DNA of 62,109 bases from Lentisphaeraceae bacterium (GCA_004551905.1 SFPL01000028.1:1-62109), one strand, 5' to 3'; shown: positions 40,262-48,555, counted from the first letter of the stretch. Notes: a model not told the origin generated them from the sequence alone. A program made the numbers and translations.

Positions 40262-41276
40262 GGCCGAAGAGTCCTTCCATGCAGCGGGCGGCGTAGCCGG
40301 GGAGCCGGAGTCCGAGCGTCTCGATGACGTGCGATGGCGGGTCGCTCTCCGTGTGCGTCTCGAGGAGGTTGTCCGCCGCGTCGAAGTAGCTGACGCGGAT
40401 CTCGCTCCTGCCGATGCAGCAGCTGATGCCGCAGCGCACCTCGTCGAGTCCGTGGGCCTTGAGGTATTCCAACGCCTTCATGCGGGCGAGGACATTCAGG
40501 GTCACGTCCGCCTTGCTCGGGTCCTTGCCCCACGGAGAGCCGCCCCCGATCTTGGAGTTCCCGCCGTAGAAGTCGGCGACGAGCTTTCGGCCGGTCGTGC
40601 CGCAGTCGCCTATCGGCCCGTGCTTCACATACCGCCCCGTCCCGTTCACGATCACCCTGCAGTCCGACCCGACCGCCGATTTCACGTAATCGGCGATCAC
40701 GCGCTTCGTGTCCTCCTCGGTCGCGGGATCGAGCGGGATCGCGACCACGCACTCGATGGCGCGTCCGTCCTCGGTCGTGACCTGCGTCTTCACGTCGAGG
40801 CCGCCGAAGCCGCTCCGGTAGAGCGCGTTCGCCGTCCCCCGCGCAAGCCAGTAGTCAAGCGGCATGAACCCGCGCCGCACGTCGTTGACGGCAAGCCCCC
40901 AGAAGATCCCCTGGTCGCCCCAGCCCTCGCGGTTCACTCCCTGCGTGATGTCCTCCGACTGCTGCGAGATGTGGATCGTCACCTCCACGCCGCTCCCGCT
41001 GATTACGTTGCCCTCGCCCCACTTGGCGAGGTAATCGTCCGTGTAGCCAACCTTGCAGATCGCCTCGCGGCAGAACTCGGCGAGTTCGGCGTTCGTGAAG
41101 CGGTAGGCCGATGTGACCTCGCCGGACAGGGTGCAGAAGCAGTCCTTCAGCTGCACTTCGAGGGCGACGCGGGCGTTCGGGTCGCGTTCGAGGTAGCGGT
41201 CGAGGATGTAGGATGCGATGTAGTCGCAGGTGCGGTCGGGATGGCCGACGGCGCAGTATTCTGATGTTCGGATCAT
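40254..41276 (-). CDS. metK: S-adenosylmethionine synthetase (divergent MetK), 340 aa
   Basis: Start moved to MIRTSEYCAVGHPDRTCDYIASYILD. Motifs GHPD, GWGDQGIFWG (GAGDQG), GPIGDCGTTGRKLVADFYGG, GGGSPWGKDPSKAD all appear in canonical MetK order. Confidence 0.9.
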   Translation of the reverse strand: MIRTSEYCAVGHPDRTCDYIASYILDRYLERDPNARVALEVQLKDCFCTLSGEVTSAYRFTNAELAEFCREAICKVGYTDDYLAKWGEGNVISGSGVEVTIHISQQSEDITQGVNREGWGDQGIFWGLAVNDVRRGFMPLDYWLARGTANALYRSGFGGLDVKTQVTTEDGRAIECVVAIPLDPATEEDTKRVIADYVKSAVGSDCRVIVNGTGRYVKHGPIGDCGTTGRKLVADFYGGNSKIGGGSPWGKDPSKADVTLNVLARMKALEYLKAHGLDEVRCGISCCIGRSEIRVSYFDAADNLLETHTESDPPSHVIETLGLRLPGYAARCMEGLFGHE

Positions 41277-41451
41277 TGTCTTTTCCTTTCGTTTATGGCC
41301 ATGATAGAATGTCGTGTGGATCTCCATGTCTCCGGTATATCTCGGGGTGCTCTCACACTGTCTCTCACTCCCAATCGGGCGACAAGTGCCGTAAATGCGC
41401 GGTATATCGGGCTTTTACGGCAGATGTCGCCGCGTCGGGCGTGTGTTTCCG

Positions 41452-42699
41452 TCAAATGTCGGATACTGTGTCCTCCACCTGGTCTGCCGCGTTTGCACAC
41501 TCCTTCGACGGAGTGAGCTTCTGCCAGTCGCAGCCCTCGCCGTGGACGTGCTCTGCCCAGCGGCGGCGGATCACGTCGCAGTACTTCGGGTCGAGTTCGA
41601 CGCACCTGCACACGCGGCCGGTCTGCTGGCAGGCGATGATCGTCGAGCCGCTCCCGCCGAAGGTATCGAGAACGACGTCGCCCCGCTTGGTGGAGTTCTT
41701 GAGGAGGTACACGAGCATCTCCGTCGGCTTCATCGTCGGGTGGACGTCGTTCTTCTTCGGCTTGTTGAACTCCATGACCGTGGTCTGGGCGCGGTCGCCG
41801 TACCAGCTGTGCGACGCGCCTTCCTTCCAGCCGTACAGGCACGGCTCGTGAATCCACTGGTAGTCCTGACGTCCGAGGACGAGGGCGTTCTTCTTCCACA
41901 CGAGGCACTCGCGCACCCGCAGCCCCACGTCGAAACACGCGCCACGGAAGTTGTAGCCCTCCGAGTCGGCGTGGAACACGTAGAACGCCGCGCCGGGCTT
42001 CATCGCCTTTTCGGCGCACCCGAAGGCGGTGCGCAGGAACTCGCGGAACTTCGAGTCCTCCATCGAGTCGTTCTGGATCGTGAGACCGTTCGACCCCTCG
42101 TAGGCCACGTTGTAGGGCGGGTCGGTGAGCCAGCAGTCGACCGTTCCGTCGCCCGCTATCTTCGACACGTCCTCGCGCCTCGTCGAGTCGCCGCAGAGGA
42201 GGAGGTGCTGCCCGAGGACGTACACCTCGCCCGGCTTCGACACTGCGACTTCCGGGGCTTCGGGCGCATCGTCGGGATTGGTCTGCCCCATCTCGTCCGC
42301 CGTGCCGCCGAGGAGTTCGTCGAGTTCGGACGTGTCGAACCCGAGCGCACCCATGTCGAAGCCGGCCTCCTGCAGGGCCTTCATCTCGGCCTTCAGCAGA
42401 TCCATGTCCCACTTGGCGACCTCGCCGGTCTTGTTGTCGGCGATCCGCAGGGCCTTCTCCTGCTCCGGGGTGAGGTGGTCGACCACGATGGCGGGGATCG
42501 ACTCCGCGCCGATCTCCTTCATGGCCTTCACGCGGGTGTGGCCGTTGATGATCACGAGGTCGCGGTTTACGATGATCGCGCCGATGAAACCGTACTCGCG
42601 GATGGACGCGACCACGCCCGCGACCGCCTCGTCGTTCACACGGGGGTTGTTCGGATAGGGCTTCAAGTCCGCTATCTTCAAGTTCTGAACCGTTGGCAT
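41452..42699 (-). CDS. ParB-like nuclease domain fused to N6/N4 DNA methyltransferase (DPPY), 415 aa
   Basis: Start moved to MPTVQNLKIADLKPYPNNPR (ParB-N opening)...GHTRVKA. Then CWLTDPPYNV (motif IV) and VLDTFGGSGST (motif I). This is the usual phage ParB-MTase architecture. Confidence 0.9.
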   Translation of the reverse strand: MPTVQNLKIADLKPYPNNPRVNDEAVAGVVASIREYGFIGAIIVNRDLVIINGHTRVKAMKEIGAESIPAIVVDHLTPEQEKALRIADNKTGEVAKWDMDLLKAEMKALQEAGFDMGALGFDTSELDELLGGTADEMGQTNPDDAPEAPEVAVSKPGEVYVLGQHLLLCGDSTRREDVSKIAGDGTVDCWLTDPPYNVAYEGSNGLTIQNDSMEDSKFREFLRTAFGCAEKAMKPGAAFYVFHADSEGYNFRGACFDVGLRVRECLVWKKNALVLGRQDYQWIHEPCLYGWKEGASHSWYGDRAQTTVMEFNKPKKNDVHPTMKPTEMLVYLLKNSTKRGDVVLDTFGGSGSTIIACQQTGRVCRCVELDPKYCDVIRRRWAEHVHGEGCDWQKLTPSKECANAADQVEDTVSDI

Positions 42700-43020
42700 C
42701 TTCCTTCTCCTTGCGCGGCCCGCCTCGCGGCGCAACCGCCTGTTTTCAGTCCCTTTCGGGGTTTCGCCCGGTAAAACAAACTCTCGTCAGTAGTCCGGCT
42801 CCTTCCCGCGCCCTCTTCTCCAGAGGCCCCAGGGGAGGAACCAAGGCCGATTTTCGAGGATCGCGCCAGTTCGCCCCACACGGGCTTCCTTTCGGGGGGA
42901 GCGGGGTGGTGCGGCGGGCTTCGCACGGCGCGAACACGGGGCAACCTGGGCGGCATCCGGCGCATTCTGGTCGGGCGCGGAGGTTGCTTCGGGTGTCCGC
43001 AAGGTGCTGACCCGCCGCAA

Positions 43021-43055
43021 GGATGGTTATTGCCGAGCGCGGGGAATTTTCAGTT
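43021..43055 (+). repeat. same motif, copy 3 (GGATGGTTATTGCC-N11-ATTTTCAGTT)
   Basis: 6 kb away, again in an intergenic gap and again about 63 nt upstream of a GTATAATTT box. Confidence 0.65.
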
Positions 43056-43083
43056 GGTGCGTGCGCCCAGAATCGCTATTTGG

Positions 43084-43089
43084 TATAAT
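43084..43089 (+). promoter_or_regulatory. extended -10 (TGGTATAAT) of an AT-rich plus-strand promoter
   Basis: TTTGGTATAATTTC lies 63 nt downstream of the third copy of the GGATGnTTATTGCC motif. The homologous copy at 36979-36984 has the same spacing. Confidence 0.4.
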
Positions 43090-43348
43090 TTCATTGTTTC
43101 TGTTCTCTTCAACATTTCCAATGCTTTGGTATCTGCTGTCAATGAGTCGGTTCAACGGGTGACTGTCGGCTTCAATGCTGCACCACCCACCAAAAAATAC
43201 CGGCAATGACGCCGCTATCAAGTAAAGGAAAACAAAAATGAAGAAGACATAGAAACTGTTTCATAGACTGAGCTTCTGGCTCCTTGTCGTGTTGGCTGCA
43301 CTCGCGGCAGACTTCGCGCTCGTTGCATTCGCATTGCCGTGAAACACG

Positions 43349-43385
43349 GGCGGGAAGGACAAACCTTCCCGCCTCTTCATTTTGT
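43349..43385 (+). terminator. intrinsic terminator
   Basis: GGCGGGAAGG-ACAAA-CCTTCCCGCC followed by TCTTCATTTTGT. Confidence 0.65.
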
Positions 43386-43452
43386 CGGTGTCCTCGCGCG
43401 CGAGCGTACGCACACAAAATCGGGCGAAAATGCGTTGCGCGAGTGAAGCCCA

Positions 43453-43650
43453 CCGACATACCGACAGATGGGTAGGAGAGTGGATAAATATAGATAAACT
43501 ACACTTAAAACCACACTCAAACGTCGTTTATCCGCTTTTTCATCCGTCGGTTCATCTGTCGGTCATCTGTCGGTGAGTTCCGACAGATAGCCCCGTTTTC
43601 GGCCCTCCATCTGTCGGGAAAGCCGACGTTGACCGACAGATGACCGACAT
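43453..43650. repeat. iteron-like array of CCGACAGATG / CATCTGTCGG
   Basis: Full copies at 43461, 43553, 43564, 43580 (ends A), 43608, 43633. Degenerate copies at 43453, 43541, 43623, 43644. Three tandem copies are spaced 11-12 bp apart. Confidence 0.8.
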
Positions 43651-43728
43651 TAAATACGACACATGGCGGCCGAAATCGGAGGCCGTTTCGGCTTTGGTTC
43701 AAGGGTGCGTTTTGGTATAATATTGGGC

Positions 43729-44778
43729 ATGGGTCTACATGGAAAGAACAGAATCGCGATGGGGCTGGCGACACTCTCGCTGGCCTTTTCCTTGCACACC
43801 CTCGCGCAGAGCGACAACCTCGAACTCGGCGCACCGGGGACGGCGGACAAGGTGATCGACCGCGAGGGCTATGCGCTCGGGTACAAGACCGCGTGGAAGA
43901 CTGCCCGATGGGTCACGTACCGTCTCACGGACGATGAGGTGCTGAACCAGGTGGCGAGGCGGTCGGAGGAGTTCGCGCCCGACCCGCAGATCGCCGGCGG
44001 CCCGCAGCTCGAGGACTACCGGGGGAGCGGCTACGACCGTGGGCATCTCGCGCCGGCGGCGGACATGAAGTGGTCGCAGCGGGCGATGACCGAGTGCTTC
44101 TACCTCTCCAACATGGTTCCGCAGGATCGGGAGAACAACGGCGGCATCTGGAACGAGATCGAGAACACGGTGCGCGGCTTCGCCTGCGCCGAGGGCTCGG
44201 TGTTCGTCGCGACGGGACCGATCACACCCGAACGGCCCGTGCTGTCGGTGGGCAAGGGGCGCGTCGCCGTGCCGACGGAGCTGTGGAAGGTCGTGTACGA
44301 CGAGACCCCGCCGCAGAAGATGATCGGCTTCATCGTCCCGAACAGGAACGTCAAGGGCAAGCCGAAGGACTACGCGTGTTCCGTCGCCGAGGTCGAGAGG
44401 AAAACGGGGCTTCGCTTCTTCCCGAAGCTCACGGGCGGGGACTCGCTCAAGCGGTCGTTCGACGCATCGGCATGGGACTGGTCGAAGAGCCAGCGGCGGC
44501 GCGTCGCCGCCGCGCCCAGGGCGGCGCAGACGGCGACTGCATCGAAGGTCTCGGATTCGTACTTCGCGGGCATCCGCGAGGAGTACAGGGCGGGCGGGGC
44601 GATGCCCGTCGGAAGACGCAAGGCCGCGCCCGTGTGCGACAAGTGGCCCGATACCGGATGGTGGCTGTCGACCAACTCCATGAAGCGGCACAACCGCAAG
44701 TGCGAGAACTACAGAAAGACACGCGGCTATCCCTGCCGGAAGGACGAGGGCAGCCCGTGCGGGAAATGCGGAGGTTGA
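43729..44778 (+). CDS. secreted DNA/RNA non-specific endonuclease (NucA/EndoG family) with C-terminal Cys-rich tail, 349 aa
   Basis: Start at MGLHGKNRIAMGLATLSLAFSLHTLAQS (signal peptide). Catalytic YDRGHLAPAADM and SNMVPQ. C-terminus KRHNRKCENYRKTRGYPCRKDEGSPCGKCGG. TATAAT at 43716-43721 ends 7 nt before the ATG. Confidence 0.85.
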   Translation: MGLHGKNRIAMGLATLSLAFSLHTLAQSDNLELGAPGTADKVIDREGYALGYKTAWKTARWVTYRLTDDEVLNQVARRSEEFAPDPQIAGGPQLEDYRGSGYDRGHLAPAADMKWSQRAMTECFYLSNMVPQDRENNGGIWNEIENTVRGFACAEGSVFVATGPITPERPVLSVGKGRVAVPTELWKVVYDETPPQKMIGFIVPNRNVKGKPKDYACSVAEVERKTGLRFFPKLTGGDSLKRSFDASAWDWSKSQRRRVAAAPRAAQTATASKVSDSYFAGIREEYRAGGAMPVGRRKAAPVCDKWPDTGWWLSTNSMKRHNRKCENYRKTRGYPCRKDEGSPCGKCGG

Positions 44779-44783
44779 GCATC

Positions 44784-45560
44784 ATGGAATATCTCAAAGA
44801 CCGTCCAGACTGCATCCTCGATTTCAGGTGGACAAAGCTCATCAAATGCGAACAACCCGCCAGACCGAGGGATGCGACACCGGACTGGGATTTTCCCGGC
44901 CATGTCTTTCCGTTCATGCTCGGAAGGAAATGGGGAGATGACTCAAAATGCTCAACCGACGCGGACAACACGAGGCCGGCCGAACGGCTGACCCCTGTCA
45001 CCATCTCCGGCAAAAAGGCAAAGAACTCCGACCAAAGTCATCTTGTGCTGTCCTACGCCTCGGTGGTGATCGACCGCGAGTCCGACACGCGGGAGTTCCA
45101 TCGAATTCTGTTCTCCAAAGACCAATGGGATGAATTGGCCCATTCTGTCGGTGCAAACGAGAAGGTCATCCTCGAGTGTTGCACCATCGGCTTCGATCCG
45201 AAGGATGAAGAGGCGGTCATCGACACGATAGAACACTATGACTTCGGCGACGGATGCGGATTTGAAACGGGAACGTACAAGAGGTACATTCCCGGCGTTG
45301 TCACCAATGTTGTTTCCGTCTCGATTGCGCGGGATCTGCAAATGCCGGTTGAGCGCAGCGAGAATGAGTCGCAACGCCAATCGCCGTATGCCCGCCATAG
45401 CCCTGTGCCGACATACGATGATTTGTATGACGAATGCTATCCTCTGCCGCCTACGGAAGAGGATTCAGAGGAATATGACGATTACGAGCCGAAGTTAAGC
45501 GATTACTACGACGATCTGGAAGAGCTGGAGCTGAACACACGCGGCGACGGCTACGATTGA
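44784..45560 (+). CDS. hypothetical protein with extremely acidic C-terminus, 258 aa
   Basis: Start at MEYLKDRPDC (ATG 44784), 5 nt after the nuclease stop. Tail YDDLYDECYPLPPTEEDSEEYDDYEPKLSDYYDDLEELE. Visibly lower GC than the phage core. Confidence 0.6.
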   Translation: MEYLKDRPDCILDFRWTKLIKCEQPARPRDATPDWDFPGHVFPFMLGRKWGDDSKCSTDADNTRPAERLTPVTISGKKAKNSDQSHLVLSYASVVIDRESDTREFHRILFSKDQWDELAHSVGANEKVILECCTIGFDPKDEEAVIDTIEHYDFGDGCGFETGTYKRYIPGVVTNVVSVSIARDLQMPVERSENESQRQSPYARHSPVPTYDDLYDECYPLPPTEEDSEEYDDYEPKLSDYYDDLEELELNTRGDGYD

Positions 45561-45578
45561 TGCAGGAGTGAATGAATC

Positions 45579-45782
45579 ATGAGCCTATTCGCAAAGATCG
45601 ACGCGGGGTCGAAGTTCTACGTCGACATGGTACACGGGGACGTGTTCGAGGAAGGCGCGGACGGCGTGTTCGTCCTGAAGCGCATCGACGGAAGAAAGGA
45701 GCGGATCGCCATCGACGCGATCCCCGACGGGGCGCAGCTTCTCTTCGGCGACCCACACCGCATCTGGGACTACGTGCGATGA
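45579..45782 (+). CDS. small hypothetical protein, 67 aa
   Basis: MSLFAKIDAGSKFYVDMVHGDVFEEG... Stop overlaps the next ATG (ATGA). Confidence 0.5.
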   Translation: MSLFAKIDAGSKFYVDMVHGDVFEEGADGVFVLKRIDGRKERIAIDAIPDGAQLLFGDPHRIWDYVR

Positions 45783-45925
45783 ACGAGACCGGCACACAGA
45801 GGGACAAGCTCATCGAGGAGCTGAAGCGTACGGACGCGCTGCTTGAGTACGCCGTCCAGCACGGCGAGAATGCGGAGGCGGAGCGACTTCGCGGGAAGAT
45901 GCGCAGACTGACGGAGGCGTTGTGA
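45779..45925 (+). CDS. small helical protein, 48 aa (below ORF-track cutoff as a separate gene)
   Basis: MNETGTQRDKLIEELKRTDALLEYAVQHGENAEAERLRGKMRRLTEAL. ATGA and TGATG overlaps on both sides. Confidence 0.45.
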   Translation: MNETGTQRDKLIEELKRTDALLEYAVQHGENAEAERLRGKMRRLTEAL

Positions 45926-46455
45926 TGTTCAAGTTCATGCTGAAGAAGAAGCCCCAGCCGGCCTCCGCTCCGCAGGTGTACACCCCGCCAGCGGAAGAGC
46001 CGCCGCTCATCGAAATCCCGATGCCGCCTCAGGTGACGATCCCCGAGCGGAAGCGAATCGAGAGGATGAACGCGGTCATCCCCAATCTGCGGAAGCGGCA
46101 CATCGACGGACTCTCGGACGTCGGATTCGCGGTGTTCCCCGGCATGGAGCTTCTCCGTGTGCGTCTCGGCATCGAGGACGGCATCGACTGGCAGAAGCGG
46201 TGGACGGATGCCGGCGGGAAACTGTACGACGGAAGGATGATCGCGCTAAAAACCGACCCCATCTGGGTGAAGATATCCGACTACGGCGTTCCGTACCCGC
46301 CGTTCGAGTTCCACGACGTAATGGGCACACAGGAGATCGGGCGCAAGGAGTGCATCGCGCTCGGATTCGATCTGCCGCGCACCAAGACGCAGATCGCGAT
46401 GCACAAGGCGGGCGGTGCGCCGAAGATCAAGATCGTGCGCATCTCGAAGGGATGA
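45925..46455 (+). CDS. hypothetical protein, 176 aa
   Basis: MFKFMLKKKPQPASAPQVYTPPAEEPP... Pro-rich N-terminus, then a globular part. Last gene of the plus-strand operon. Confidence 0.55.
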   Translation: MFKFMLKKKPQPASAPQVYTPPAEEPPLIEIPMPPQVTIPERKRIERMNAVIPNLRKRHIDGLSDVGFAVFPGMELLRVRLGIEDGIDWQKRWTDAGGKLYDGRMIALKTDPIWVKISDYGVPYPPFEFHDVMGTQEIGRKECIALGFDLPRTKTQIAMHKAGGAPKIKIVRISKG

Positions 46456-46509
46456 AAAAGACGGAGGGCCGGAGCCCTCCGTCCGTTGTGTGGATCGGTC
46501 GTGCGACCG

Positions 46510-47436
46510 TTAGAACGACGCTGGGATCGGCAGCCAGAGATCAATGTCCTTGATCACGACGTAACCGTCGCGGATCTCGAATTTGTGAAGTCTGGGATAG
46601 CCGTCCTCCGCCCCACGGAACACCCATTCGTACCTCATGTCGAACTCGTCAAAGGAATCGCGAGACAGGACATGGTTGCCGTTGCGGTCGGCCCAGCCAA
46701 GGAGGATGTCATCCCCCGAAATGCCGTTCGGGGCGATGACCGCGCTCTTGCCGTATTCCGTTACGTTCATTCGACTCATGGCATAGTCGTATGCATCGTG
46801 AAGGCCGGCCTTCTTGAGCCAGCCGGGGGTGGAATAGTCGAAGTACACGAACGCCTTGATGCCGTTGTCCTCGAGACCGTCGAGCAGTCCCTTGAACGCG
46901 AGTCCTTCAGTTTCGATGACCGACTGGTCGCCGAAGAAGTTCCCTGCATCGATTGCGCAACCCGCGAGTTGCATCTGCCAGAGCAGCTCGTCGGTGTCGC
47001 TGACCTTCTTGTACTTCGCGGGCAAGGGTTCGACGCTCCAGCCGAGATCAGCAAGCTGGTCGAGACGGAGCGACGTGTCCTTGAGAAACGTGCGCTTGCC
47101 AGTCAGCAGACGATCAATGCCATTGGCATCCACGCCGTGCTGGCGGACGTGCTTCACCGTGAGGTTGAGCAGCGCACCCGCATTGGCCGGGGTGCGATAG
47201 TGGTAGGCCGTGTGCATCTGCTTCGCCGACATATAGCCGTTTCCGCAGGGGATCGCGACCTTGGCCACCGCATTCCCGTGGTAGGTGTCCTCGCGGTAGA
47301 AGAAGCGGGGCATGGGCTTTTCGCCTTGCGCCGTGTCTTTCTTGGCGGGGGTTGTCTTGATGGGCTGTCCACACGGGCGGCCCGTGACCGGATTGATTAG
47401 ACGAAGCCCGGTCGACTTCGCATCAGAAGTACGCAT
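46510..47436 (-). CDS. NYN / Zc3h12a-like PIN-fold RNase candidate, 308 aa
   Basis: Start moved to MRTSDAKST (RBS AAAGGAAAAG). C-terminal half CAIDAGNFFGD...AFVYFDYS...VIAPNGISGDDILLGWADRNGNHVLSRDSFDEF follows the IDGxN...D.D...SxDxF order of NYN nucleases. Confidence 0.6.
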   Translation of the reverse strand: MRTSDAKSTGLRLINPVTGRPCGQPIKTTPAKKDTAQGEKPMPRFFYREDTYHGNAVAKVAIPCGNGYMSAKQMHTAYHYRTPANAGALLNLTVKHVRQHGVDANGIDRLLTGKRTFLKDTSLRLDQLADLGWSVEPLPAKYKKVSDTDELLWQMQLAGCAIDAGNFFGDQSVIETEGLAFKGLLDGLEDNGIKAFVYFDYSTPGWLKKAGLHDAYDYAMSRMNVTEYGKSAVIAPNGISGDDILLGWADRNGNHVLSRDSFDEFDMRYEWVFRGAEDGYPRLHKFEIRDGYVVIKDIDLWLPIPASF

Positions 47437-47541
47437 TTGTACTTTTCCTTTGCTGATAATGCCGATACGATTGTGTCGGCAATTAAGACCCAAGGCCCGC
47501 CTCACATGAAGCAGATCCGCCTTTAGGTCGAAATGGGGAAT

Positions 47542-48555
47542 TTACTTTTCGGATGCGTTGAGCAAACGCTCCGCGATTGCCGCGATGCGATTTGCCGCCG
47601 AAGCAAGCTCGCGGGAGACATCGAGGAGCTGCTTAACCGCTTCGTCTGTTTCGGCGGAGCGTTTCTTCACGTTGCCGCCCGAAACCTTGAGCTGAAGAGC
47701 CTTCTTGAGGGCATGGAGATAGCACACCATCACTTCCTCTTCAGTAAGTCCGGGGAAGCGGCCAGCGAGGCGGAAGAAGTCCGCTCCCTCCGGATGCGTC
47801 TTCTGTGCGAACGGAAGGAGGGCATCCACAACTTCGGGCGGCGGTACGAATTTGACTGCCCTCGGAGGAGGCGAGAAATGACGCTTGACTTCGCAGTTAA
47901 GGCAAGGCGGCGTGGCCGTGGTCCACGACCAGTTGAAATGCATCCTTCCCTCTTCGGAATTCATGAATTCGGACGGACGAACGCCGTCGAAGAATGCAGA
48001 GAACGAAACCCCGGACGTCTTCTTGAATTCAAGGCAGATCGCCGACATCCCCTTGATCACGCCTTGCCCGTACTTCGTCTCGACGAACGCGGCGAATATC
48101 CGTGCGCGGTTCATGAAGAAGCGGTTAAACGGCTTCTCGTCAGTTTTGAACTGCGTTTCAACGACAATGCCGAGGGTGTCCCACGGGCTTTCGTCGACAA
48201 CCTCGGCCGTCTCGTCCAGGCCTTTCCGACGGAACTTCAGCCAGTAGCGATCCTCGGACGCCCGCTCGGTAAGTGCCAATGCGGGGCAACCGGTCGGACT
48301 GTTCTTCGCGGAATAAAAAGAAACGTTGTTGCCGCAGAGTTCGCGCACAACGGAGGAAACCGGCTTCGGAATGCCGAAACGTTCGCCAAGCTCACCGAGA
48401 CAAGCGGTGTGAATTGGTGCTTGAGAAACTATGCGAAGAATCTCGTTGCGAACCTCGTTCGCGTTGGGAGATTGAGAAACCCAGACACGAGCCTGGTGCT
48501 GCTTCTGCTCGACGGTAAGATAGCCCTCGCCGAAGGGGCTGTTCATGTTAGCCAT
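47542..48555 (-). CDS. orphan protein, 337 aa
   Basis: Start moved to MANMNSPFGEGY (AAGGAG 6 nt upstream). No recognisable motif. Visibly lower GC. Lies directly downstream of the primase. Confidence 0.6.
   Translation of the reverse strand: MANMNSPFGEGYLTVEQKQHQARVWVSQSPNANEVRNEILRIVSQAPIHTACLGELGERFGIPKPVSSVVRELCGNNVSFYSAKNSPTGCPALALTERASEDRYWLKFRRKGLDETAEVVDESPWDTLGIVVETQFKTDEKPFNRFFMNRARIFAAFVETKYGQGVIKGMSAICLEFKKTSGVSFSAFFDGVRPSEFMNSEEGRMHFNWSWTTATPPCLNCEVKRHFSPPPRAVKFVPPPEVVDALLPFAQKTHPEGADFFRLAGRFPGLTEEEVMVCYLHALKKALQLKVSGGNVKKRSAETDEAVKQLLDVSRELASAANRIAAIAERLLNASEK

Noticed and set aside
41277-41327. N-terminal extension MEIHTTFYHGHKRKEKT on MetK
   Set aside because: In MetK the GHPD motif lies within about 15 residues of the N-terminus. 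MIRTSEY...GHPD fits that spacing, and the extension lies in AT-rich leader sequence.
42740-43020. tRNA gene or attachment site in the GC-rich non-coding stretch after the ParB-MTase gene
   Set aside because: I found no T-loop-like GGTTCGAAT/GGTTCAAAT box or cloverleaf-sized inverted repeats here or elsewhere. I cannot run tRNAscan, so this is a visual negative only.
43172-43459. 95-aa minus-strand ORF
   Set aside because: It crosses the plus-strand terminator hairpin, and its first two thirds are Arg/Cys-rich. Only the last 30 hydrophobic codons look like a peptide (noted under the small-RNA finding).
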